A DNA stretch of 33,459 nt from an uncultured Oscillospiraceae bacterium (GTDB lineage: Bacteria > Bacillota > Clostridia > Oscillospirales > JAAYOS01). The DNA lies in the NCBI GenBank assembly GCA_964542515.1, contig CAZIVK010000001.1:1-33459 (forward strand), given 5' to 3'. The position numbers and the translations under genes are program-made. How positions within the stretch are numbered: position 1 is the first letter of the stretch; the number at the start of each line of letters is the position of its first letter. The notes under the pieces were generated by a model. The model saw nothing but the letters and a program-made list of their open reading frames with translations, was not told where the DNA came from and did not search any database. This document shows, one piece after another, positions 1 through 7,745 of the stretch.

Positions 1-14
1 AATCACTAGAAAGG

Positions 15-1694
15 ATGTCCCACAGAATGAAAAAAATTAAAATCATTTGCTTGCTACTTGCGTTTATCATTGTTTTCTCGATCCTTGGGGGGTGTGCAGG
101 AGACAAAAATGTTTCAGCAGACAGCACCCCAGACAGTAAAGCCCCAACACCCACACCTTCTGATGAAGTTGTGGAAGAAGGGATTGACTGGTCACGTTAT
201 CCAATAGTCACTGATGACTCTGTTACACTCAGCGCATGGTGGCCAACTTCCAATATTTATGTCACAGACCCCAACGAAACACTCCCATTCATCGAAGGAG
301 CAAAACGTACCGGCATCAAATGGGAGTTCCAAGTACCGTCTTCGGGCTCGGAGAGCGAGCAATTCAACCTGTTAATCGCATCCATGGAATACCCTGACTT
401 AATTAAGAATTTTGGCAACTACTATACCAAGGGATTTGATACAGCAATCGACGAAGAGTTAATTTTTGCAATCGATGATTATAGCTATGCAATGCCCGCT
501 ATTGAAAGCTGGCGCAACGAATCCGATCTGTTAAAAAAGAGTCTCACTACCGACAATGGTCACTTTGCAGGTATACCAATGTTCCTTATTGGATCTACTG
601 ATCACAAAGCGCAGGGTGCCTATTCCGGTTATGGTATTCGTACCGATTGGCTTTCAAACCTTGGTTTAAGCGTTCCGGAGACATACAGTGAGCTGGAAAA
701 TACCATGAAAGCATTTCAGGATGCCGGTTACTGTCAAAATCCACTTGAAATATGGCCCAATGCCGACACCTACGCCATCATGGGAGGCTACAACATTGTA
801 AGTGTTATGCCGGTTTGGGGACAGCTTGGTGGATGGATGATGGAAGGCGACACCGTTAAGTATGCTCTCTTTGAGGATAATTTTAGGTCGTACATAACCA
901 TGCTTAATGATTGGTATAACAAGGAATTCATTGAGTCCGACTATTATACTGTTACCACAAACTGGGACAACGCTCTGACTAAGGTCTCTAACAACGAAAT
1001 GGGTGTGTTCAACTTCATGTACACCTGGTATGAATTGTTCAAGAGCACCGCTATTGACCCAACTCTTGACATAGCTGCTCTGCCAGTGCTTCGTCATAGC
1101 AAGGCAGATGCTGTGCACGTACGTTCAGCCAGCGCTGGTGCAAGTATTGCTGCCAGTATAACCACCCAGTGCGCCAATCCCGAGTATGTATGTGCCTACT
1201 GGAACTACTTTTTTACTGAAGAAGGTATACTTCTTGGTAACTATGGCGTCGAAGGAGAGACCTTTGACTACAATGAAAACCAAGAGCCTATCTGGAACGA
1301 AGGTTATTACTCCCTTGTTGAGGAGCACGATGCATCCTATGCACAGTCAACGCTCTTCAACTTCTTAGGCCCAGGTTTCCGTTGGTGGGACCGTGAACTC
1401 CAGAGCGTCGGAGAGACTGAAAAGAGTTTCCTTGCCGTCTGGGACTCCAACGAATTTACTGACTCAGACTACTTCTATCCAGCCAGTGCAACTATGACCG
1501 GCGAAGAAAGCCTCACTTATTCCAACATTATGAGTGATATTGGAACTTATCTGAGTGAAACCATGACCGCTTTCATAATAGGTCAGAAGAGCATGGATGA
1601 GTGGGACAGCTTTTTAGAACAAGTAAAGTCAATGAACATAGAGGGTGCCCGTATCTGTAAACAAGCTGCTTACGACCGCTACAATCAACGCTAA
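15..1694 (+). CDS. Extracellular solute-binding lipoprotein of a carbohydrate-type ABC importer
   Basis: 559-aa ORF. The N-terminus MKKIKIICLLLAFIIVFSILGGC has a basic n-region, a hydrophobic core and an L-G-G-C lipobox. A Thr/Pro/Ser-rich linker follows, then a ~500-aa Trp/Tyr-rich body typical of large sugar SBPs. The ATG at 27 (11 nt after AAAGGA) may be the real start rather than the ATG at 15. Confidence 0.75.
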   Translation: MSHRMKKIKIICLLLAFIIVFSILGGCAGDKNVSADSTPDSKAPTPTPSDEVVEEGIDWSRYPIVTDDSVTLSAWWPTSNIYVTDPNETLPFIEGAKRTGIKWEFQVPSSGSESEQFNLLIASMEYPDLIKNFGNYYTKGFDTAIDEELIFAIDDYSYAMPAIESWRNESDLLKKSLTTDNGHFAGIPMFLIGSTDHKAQGAYSGYGIRTDWLSNLGLSVPETYSELENTMKAFQDAGYCQNPLEIWPNADTYAIMGGYNIVSVMPVWGQLGGWMMEGDTVKYALFEDNFRSYITMLNDWYNKEFIESDYYTVTTNWDNALTKVSNNEMGVFNFMYTWYELFKSTAIDPTLDIAALPVLRHSKADAVHVRSASAGASIAASITTQCANPEYVCAYWNYFFTEEGILLGNYGVEGETFDYNENQEPIWNEGYYSLVEEHDASYAQSTLFNFLGPGFRWWDRELQSVGETEKSFLAVWDSNEFTDSDYFYPASATMTGEESLTYSNIMSDIGTYLSETMTAFIIGQKSMDEWDSFLEQVKSMNIEGARICKQAAYDRYNQR

Positions 1695-1717
1695 ATAACA
1701 CCGTATACCACATTAAA

Positions 1718-1746
1718 ACGTCCCGTAGCTGTATGCTGCGGGACGT
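1718..1746 (+). terminator. Hairpin downstream of the SBP gene (possible terminator or attenuator, no U-tract)
   Basis: ACGTCCCGTAGC (1718-1729) pairs with GCTGCGGGACGT (1735-1746) with one T/G position and a 5-nt loop. It is followed by AGCACC, not a T-run. Confidence 0.35.
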
Positions 1747-1816
1747 AGCACCAAATAGATTGTAAACTACATAGCCGCCATTGTATCTACAACATCAATA
1801 TGCAAGGAGATTAAAA

Positions 1817-2758
1817 ATGACAAACAAAATGCGTACACGCGTCCTTGGTTCTATGACCAACGGCGAGGTTGAAAAGTATCTAGAGCGCAGTGATATTATC
1901 ATTATACCCGTCGGCACCGTGGAGACACACGGTATGTATCCGCTCGACTGCGAATATGTATGGGCGGAAGCATATGCCCGCCTTATAGCGGAAAAAGTTG
2001 ATGGGCTTGTCCTCACAGGACTTACCTGCTTTCATCCTGGTGCAACGCAGGTTGGCAGGGGCACTGTTCACATGAGCATGACTGACGGATTCAACTACGT
2101 TAAAGCTATCGCTGAATCCCTCCTTCAGCAAGGTTTTCGCCGCCAGATTTACATACCCGGGCATCAACCCATCTCCCAGTTTTTGTTGCCTATGTGTACT
2201 CAGTTCTTCGATGAGAATAAGGTTCCTATTTTTTACCTGGACATGATAGCATATCTGCAAGCTCACGGTGCAATGCCTGCAATGTTCGATCCCAATCGCA
2301 AACCTGCTCCAATTGTTTCCACTGACGAGCAGGTTGGTCGTCACGCTACTATTATAGGCTCGTATAAAGTTTGCGGACGCCTTGCCGACTTCCCATGCGG
2401 AGCTGAGGTGAATGACGAGCGCTATCTTTCCACCGCATACACCCCCACCGAGGGTGATATGGCGCTATTCGAGCTACTCAAGAGTCGCCCCACTCTTCTA
2501 AGTTGTTCCCCGGCTTTCTATTACTCTGATGTTGCTCAGCACGGCTCTGCGCTGTTGCCCGAGACAAAAGAGGAGATCGAGAGGGAGGCTGAGTACGGTG
2601 AACGTGAGCTCCGTCGTCAGATTGATATGTGCGATTTCCAGATAATTGTTAATTCACTGAAGACCGTAGACAAGTATCAGAACTCCGTAATCATGGAGTT
2701 ACATGGAGATCATTTACCGCGCAACAAGTGGTCCCCCAATGTTGTAAAAGAAGTATGA
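1817..2758 (+). CDS. Creatininase (creatinine amidohydrolase) family hydrolase
   Basis: The ATG at 1817 is preceded by AAGGAG (1804-1809); the track ORF from 1781 is probably over-extended. The motif IIIIPVGTVETHGMYPLDCEY matches the PvG-x-x-E-x-HG-x-x-P-x-x-x-D metal-binding signature of the creatininase family as I recall it. Confidence 0.7.
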   Translation: MTNKMRTRVLGSMTNGEVEKYLERSDIIIIPVGTVETHGMYPLDCEYVWAEAYARLIAEKVDGLVLTGLTCFHPGATQVGRGTVHMSMTDGFNYVKAIAESLLQQGFRRQIYIPGHQPISQFLLPMCTQFFDENKVPIFYLDMIAYLQAHGAMPAMFDPNRKPAPIVSTDEQVGRHATIIGSYKVCGRLADFPCGAEVNDERYLSTAYTPTEGDMALFELLKSRPTLLSCSPAFYYSDVAQHGSALLPETKEEIEREAEYGERELRRQIDMCDFQIIVNSLKTVDKYQNSVIMELHGDHLPRNKWSPNVVKEV

Positions 2759-3948
2759 GTGACTATAAAACCAATGCGAACAACGGAGCGCTAAACAGCA
2801 CCGTTATAAATTTTAGGCACATGCCCAATGTAATTCTTCCCGCTGCCGCATTTAGCAGTGGAATGCCTTTCAGCGAGATAAAACCGATCGCAACAGTGCG
2901 TCCCTTTGAGTTTCTTGAAAATGGAGATGTGGTGTTCAATGTATCCGTTCAGGACGTATCTACTGTTGAAGTGGGTGGCAAAAACGGTACTCTCTGGGGA
3001 GTAGAGAAGCACGCCTTAGAAAATATGGGCAGTGGCTGGTTCCGCGGAATTGTCAAATGTATTCCTGCCGGATTTCAGTACATGCAGTACTACTTCGATG
3101 GAAAACCAGTACTCTACGAAAATGCACCCATTGGAAGGGGATACGGCTATGCAGTAAACTATATTGATATGCCGTCAGCTGACGACGACTTTTATCTATA
3201 TAAAGATGTGCCACATGGAGCGGTCCGCTACGAGACTTATTACTCAACTTACGCCGGGGAGCTTCGCAACTGCTGGGTTTATACACCCCCCACATACGAT
3301 GTGTCCTCGGAGAAGTTCTATCCCACTCTGTACATACAACACGGCGCGGGTGAGAATGAGACCGGCTGGTTCTGGCAGGGTAAACTGAACTATATTGCAG
3401 ACAATTTAATCGCAAGTTCCGGGTGCGAAGAGATGATAATTGTATGTAACTGTGGCTATGCTGATCCCGTTAACAGCGATAAAGCCACTATGTTCAGCGA
3501 CCTCAGCACCTTAATAATTGATGAATGTATGCCATTTATAGAGAGTCGTTTCCGTGTTAAGAAGGATAAGGCAAACCGCGCTATGGCCGGTCTGTCTATG
3601 GGTTCATTCCAGACACAATACTGCTGCTTTAATCACCCTGGTTTTTGTGACTATATCGGTGTGTTTAGTGGTGGCACCGGAATTAAAAATCCAGGTGGGG
3701 CGGAGCGACCAAGAATTTCCGGAATCGACTATGATACTCTGTGGAGAGATCCCGCCGCCTTCAATGCCCAACACAAATTGCTATATTTCGGACGTGGTCT
3801 TAGTGAAGGTGGAGACAAACTGCCCGGAGAGATTGAGCAAATGCGTGCTCTGGGTATTGAGTGTGAGCACTTCACATGCGACGGTGTTCACGAGTGGCAG
3901 GTGTGGCGTAAGACTGCCCTAGACTTCCTGCCAAGACTTTTTAAGTAG
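2755..3948 (+). CDS. Esterase family protein (putative esterase / esterase-D fold, feruloyl- or acetyl-esterase-like) with an N-terminal beta-rich domain
   Basis: The ATG at 2755 overlaps the upstream TGA stop (ATGA), suggesting coupling. YIQHGAGENETGW and the nucleophile elbow AMAGLSMGSFQ (G-x-S-x-G) sit in a ~250-aa C-terminal half. The first ~130 aa look like an appended E-set/CBM-like domain. Confidence 0.7.
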   Translation: MSDYKTNANNGALNSTVINFRHMPNVILPAAAFSSGMPFSEIKPIATVRPFEFLENGDVVFNVSVQDVSTVEVGGKNGTLWGVEKHALENMGSGWFRGIVKCIPAGFQYMQYYFDGKPVLYENAPIGRGYGYAVNYIDMPSADDDFYLYKDVPHGAVRYETYYSTYAGELRNCWVYTPPTYDVSSEKFYPTLYIQHGAGENETGWFWQGKLNYIADNLIASSGCEEMIIVCNCGYADPVNSDKATMFSDLSTLIIDECMPFIESRFRVKKDKANRAMAGLSMGSFQTQYCCFNHPGFCDYIGVFSGGTGIKNPGGAERPRISGIDYDTLWRDPAAFNAQHKLLYFGRGLSEGGDKLPGEIEQMRALGIECEHFTCDGVHEWQVWRKTALDFLPRLFK

Positions 3949-3979
3949 TTGTTTGAAGTGATTTAAGGAGAATAAGCAT

Positions 3980-4882
3980 ATGAGGAAAATGATAATTCGC
4001 GCGGATGATGTGGGCTATACCGATGTTCACAATCTAGGTACCTTCGAGACAATCAAAAACGGTGTGGTTACATCCGCAGACGTGATGCTGGACTGTCCAG
4101 GCACAGTGGACGCCCTCGAGCGTCTCCGCGATTACCCCTGGATTTCGGTAGGATGGCATGCACATTTTTGGGGAGCCCCAGTACTTGCTCCGGAGGATGT
4201 TCCCACCCTGTATGACGCAGGGCGCAACGGCTTCCGCAAGGACTTGACTAGGTTGGAGGATGTTAGTTTTGATGAGGCGCTGGCAGAGTGCCGAGCTGAG
4301 ATGGAGCGCTGTGTTAAGATTCTAGGTCGGGCTCCCGACGTGGGCGGCTTCGGTTCGGGGAGTACCCCAATGGCTCGTGCGATGGCACAGGTACAGGAGG
4401 AGTACGGCATTGTTACAAACTACATGCAACACATAAACTTCCCGGGTATGCCCGAACCCTCTGAGGCGGACAAAAAGGCGAGATTGCGTTGGGCAGATCG
4501 TAAAATTGTCAGTGGCTCGTTTGTGGCATTTCGCGACCTTGAGACTGATTCCATAACAGATATTGAGAAATATGATCCCATTGCATTCTACCTAGAGGAC
4601 AAGTCTCACATATTGGATATGCCGGAGGACAACATCGTCATGCAGGCATGGCATCCGGGATATGTGGACTACTTTGTCTACCAACAGGGCGACTATGGTC
4701 CCAATGCCAACAAGTACATCGCAATCCGCACCGTTGATGTCCATGCTCTTATCTCACCTGAGGTCAAGGGATGGATCAAGAAGAATAGGATCGAATTGGT
4801 TAATTTTAGAGACGCTCTGTACGGCACTCGTGAGTACCAAAATCATCTTCGAGCTGTTGATAGTGAACTTGCTGTTATTTGA
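3980..4882 (+). CDS. YdjC/ChbG-family carbohydrate deacetylase
   Basis: AAGGAG lies 9 nt upstream of the ATG. The N-terminal MIIRADDVGYT matches the conserved (I/V)-x-x-ADD-x-G start of YdjC/ChbG proteins. At 300 aa, the size is typical of the family. Confidence 0.7.
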   Translation: MRKMIIRADDVGYTDVHNLGTFETIKNGVVTSADVMLDCPGTVDALERLRDYPWISVGWHAHFWGAPVLAPEDVPTLYDAGRNGFRKDLTRLEDVSFDEALAECRAEMERCVKILGRAPDVGGFGSGSTPMARAMAQVQEEYGIVTNYMQHINFPGMPEPSEADKKARLRWADRKIVSGSFVAFRDLETDSITDIEKYDPIAFYLEDKSHILDMPEDNIVMQAWHPGYVDYFVYQQGDYGPNANKYIAIRTVDVHALISPEVKGWIKKNRIELVNFRDALYGTREYQNHLRAVDSELAVI

Positions 4883-4918
4883 CGAGAACCATAAGAATAC
4901 ATTTTAAGGAGAAAACAT

Positions 4919-6445
4919 ATGTCAAAACAATATTACCCCCACTTTGAACGTGTTGTTGAGACCGATTGTGGCAAGATTCGCGGTGCTGCAGGGGCAGATC
5001 CCAAGTTCACCGTATACCGCGGAGTACCTTATGCAAAGCCTCCTGTAGGTGACTTGCGCTGGCGCCGCCCTCAACCCCTGGATAAATGGGAGGGCGTGAA
5101 GGATTGCATTGAGTTTGGAAATATACCCCCTCAGTCCCTCCACGAGATTGACAGCCTTTACGGCAAAGAGTTCTTCCAGCATGAGGAAATACGCAGTGAG
5201 GACTGCCTATATCTCAATATCTGGACCCCTTCCATGGGAGGCGGAGAGAGGCTTCCAGTACTTTTCTGGGTACATGGTGGAGCACTAATGAGCGGTTACG
5301 GCAATGAACCCGAGTTTGATGGAGAAGCATTCTGTCGAGAGGGTGTAATTCTGGTTAGCTGTAACTATCGCCTTGGTATACTAGGTTTCTACGCAAACTC
5401 AGAGCTAGAATCTGAAGAGGGTTCTGCCGGTAACTATGGGCATCAGGATCAGATAGCAGCCTTCCATTGGGTTAGACGTAACATCGCCGCGTTTGGTGGA
5501 GACCCGGACAAGATAACCATTTTTGGGCAAAGCGCTGGTGCTTCTAGCGTTCAGACCATGTGTGCATCGCCCCTTACTGAAGGGGAAATTGCAGGCTGCA
5601 TCATAATGTCGTCAGCAGGTGTATCCAAACCCGGTCAAGCAGGACCTATGGGAAGAAGCTTGCCCTCTAGCGAGCTTATCCGTCAGGGAGATGAGCTGTT
5701 GGCTGAATCAGGATGCAAAAATACCGCTGAACTTCGCAAGCTGAATTATGATCAATTGAATAGTCTCCCAGGTCTGTCTATGGATTTTGAAAAAATGATA
5801 TTTCCTAAATACCGTTTTAGTACCTGTATCGATGGATATGTCCTCACAGAGGGAGGTCCTGCAAAAGCGTACAGCGGAACTTTACGTGATATTCCTTTCA
5901 TGGTTGGCAATACCAAGGGAGAAGGGAATATGATGAACCGAAACCCGGTAGAAGATGTTGAGCAGTGGAAAGAGCAGATGACCGCACAGTACGGTGAGGA
6001 GTTTGTTAAACTATTTCCGGCAGAGACTGTTGAAGAGGCAAAATCTGTCACTAGCCAGATCCATGGCATGGCTATAAGCAACCGTTCTTTCTGTGAATGT
6101 CTACTCCGTGCTGGACACAAGGCCCCCTATCTATACCAGTTTGATCATGACCTGCCCGGTAACAACGACGGCAGTTTTCATTCAAGTGAGCTGTGGTATG
6201 TCTTCGGTACCGTCTCGCGCTGCTGGAGACCCATGACCGGAGTAGATTACGACATCTCCCGTACAATGAGTAAGGCGTGGGCAAACTTCGCAAAGAACGG
6301 TAGCCCAAATGGCGTCGGAGTACCTGCTTGGGTGCCATATACCGGAGATAACAAGTGCCGTATGAATTTCTCTGATAACAGTATCTGTGAGCATATACTG
6401 TCTTCACCGATTCTGGAATACATAATAGATAAGACTATAAACTAA
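4919..6445 (+). CDS. Type-B carboxylesterase (para-nitrobenzyl esterase-like)
   Basis: AAGGAG lies 7 nt upstream. Family hallmarks are present: RGVPYAKPPVGDLRW, EDCLYLNIWTP, the oxyanion WVHGGAL and the nucleophile elbow FGQSAGASS. At 508 aa, the size is typical. Confidence 0.85.
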   Translation: MSKQYYPHFERVVETDCGKIRGAAGADPKFTVYRGVPYAKPPVGDLRWRRPQPLDKWEGVKDCIEFGNIPPQSLHEIDSLYGKEFFQHEEIRSEDCLYLNIWTPSMGGGERLPVLFWVHGGALMSGYGNEPEFDGEAFCREGVILVSCNYRLGILGFYANSELESEEGSAGNYGHQDQIAAFHWVRRNIAAFGGDPDKITIFGQSAGASSVQTMCASPLTEGEIAGCIIMSSAGVSKPGQAGPMGRSLPSSELIRQGDELLAESGCKNTAELRKLNYDQLNSLPGLSMDFEKMIFPKYRFSTCIDGYVLTEGGPAKAYSGTLRDIPFMVGNTKGEGNMMNRNPVEDVEQWKEQMTAQYGEEFVKLFPAETVEEAKSVTSQIHGMAISNRSFCECLLRAGHKAPYLYQFDHDLPGNNDGSFHSSELWYVFGTVSRCWRPMTGVDYDISRTMSKAWANFAKNGSPNGVGVPAWVPYTGDNKCRMNFSDNSICEHILSSPILEYIIDKTIN

Positions 6446-6463
6446 ATAGGGTAGTGGATAGAG

Positions 6464-6501
6464 TGCGAGGTCGGAAGAAACAGCTCCGACCTCGCATTTT
6501 T
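6464..6501 (+). terminator. Rho-independent terminator between convergent genes
   Basis: TGCGAGGTCGGA (6464-6475) and TCCGACCTCGCA (6485-6496) form a perfect 12-bp stem with a 9-nt loop, followed by TTTTT (6497-6501). Confidence 0.8.
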
Positions 6502-6513
6502 AGTTATTTATGA

Positions 6514-7659
6514 TTACCTAATATTGTTGAGGGCTGAAATGCATTCATCAATCTTGGGGTCACCCGGTGTACGCATGAAGGGGTTTCCCTCCTTGTACCC
6601 TGACCAAAGAAGTAGGTTTGATAGGGAGAGGTTCAGAGTGATGTCGTTGAGCTTGTACTGTTTAAGCTGAGGGACATATTGATAGACAATCTCCATAGCT
6701 TTTGGAGAATCAATTAGTTCACGGAGTTTAGTGGTGGTGGAGATTCCGGATGACTCCCTGGGAGGACCAAATGACATCATGTCGTTTGTGACCATACAGG
6801 TTAGCGTCTCTTCATGGGTGCGTACCATGAACGGGAGGGGTTCTCCGTCCTCAGTCTTGAGATCTTCAAAGCTAAATTCAGGCATTTTGGGGTAACCAAA
6901 GCGGTCTTTGAGCCACTCGCGGCAGCGGTCAAACCAGTCGTAAAAGCCGGGGACACGTCCGTATTTTGTAGGTTTAGATATCAGCTGGTTGGGTGCGGCA
7001 TGGGCTCCAGGGGTAAACACGTGGTATTCCACGGGGATATCTGCCTTGCTCATGGCGGAGACCATCTGAAGGGACTGTTCCATGCTTACCATAGCATCTT
7101 CATATGTATGCACTACAAAGGCGGGAGGTGTGTGTGGCCCTACATATTCCGCAGCAGATATTGTCTTGTGCACAATCGCGCCATTTTCAACAGCGGGCAT
7201 ATCAATGTTGATACACGGGTAGCAGAGGAGCATAGCGTCGGGACGGTTTTCCGTACCGGTAGCGCCAATAGCTTCCTGGATTCCAGGGAGGTTCCACATG
7301 CTACCGGCTATGGCAGCAACATGTCCTCCGGCCGAGGAGCCGGCAATGGTTATGGCGTTTGCATCAACACCCCATTCATCCGCATGGTCACGGATGAGCT
7401 TAATGGCGGCACCCGCCTCCACAAGGGGTTGAGGCCAGAGGCAGTTCAGACCAACGGAATAGTTCAGCACAAACGCGTTGTATCCAGCGGCAAAGAACGC
7501 CATTGCGAGGGGCTCCCCTTCACCCGCTGAGAGACCGATGTAAGCGCCACCCGGACAGAAGATTATAGCCGGTGCTTTACCAACTTGGCCCGGTTCCTGC
7601 AGGTAACAGACAAGATTGGCATCAGGTTTGTCCCCTATGGGAAATGTAATTTGCTTCAT
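6514..7659 (-). CDS. Alpha/beta hydrolase (HSL/acetyl-esterase-like) with a ~125-aa C-terminal extension
   Basis: AGGAGGG RBS upstream of the ATG at 7659. Oxyanion-type IIFCPGGAY, nucleophile elbow IAGSSAGGH, and later HTYEDAM and PGAHA as candidate Asp and His. Residues ~256-381 lie beyond the fold and are unassigned. Confidence 0.75.
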   Translation of the reverse strand: MKQITFPIGDKPDANLVCYLQEPGQVGKAPAIIFCPGGAYIGLSAGEGEPLAMAFFAAGYNAFVLNYSVGLNCLWPQPLVEAGAAIKLIRDHADEWGVDANAITIAGSSAGGHVAAIAGSMWNLPGIQEAIGATGTENRPDAMLLCYPCINIDMPAVENGAIVHKTISAAEYVGPHTPPAFVVHTYEDAMVSMEQSLQMVSAMSKADIPVEYHVFTPGAHAAPNQLISKPTKYGRVPGFYDWFDRCREWLKDRFGYPKMPEFSFEDLKTEDGEPLPFMVRTHEETLTCMVTNDMMSFGPPRESSGISTTTKLRELIDSPKAMEIVYQYVPQLKQYKLNDITLNLSLSNLLLWSGYKEGNPFMRTPGDPKIDECISALNNIR

Positions 7660-7694
7660 TTTGTATTCCCTCCTGGTTAAATATTTTCCACCAA

Positions 7695-7703
7695 ATTATA
7701 CCA
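7695..7703 (-). promoter_or_regulatory. Extended -10 promoter element for the alpha/beta hydrolase gene
   Basis: The minus strand reads TGGTATAAT (TG-n-TATAAT) about 36 nt upstream of the ATG at 7659. Confidence 0.4.
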
Positions 7704-7745
7704 TGTGTGTGGATAAAATGTTAGGATAGCTTTTAAAGATATAGG

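Noticed and set aside
6814-7530. 238-aa plus-strand ORF inside the alpha/beta hydrolase gene
   Set aside because: It lies entirely antisense to a gene with clear catalytic motifs. It has no RBS, and its composition is Gly/Arg/Val-rich as expected of a shadow frame in GC-richer DNA.
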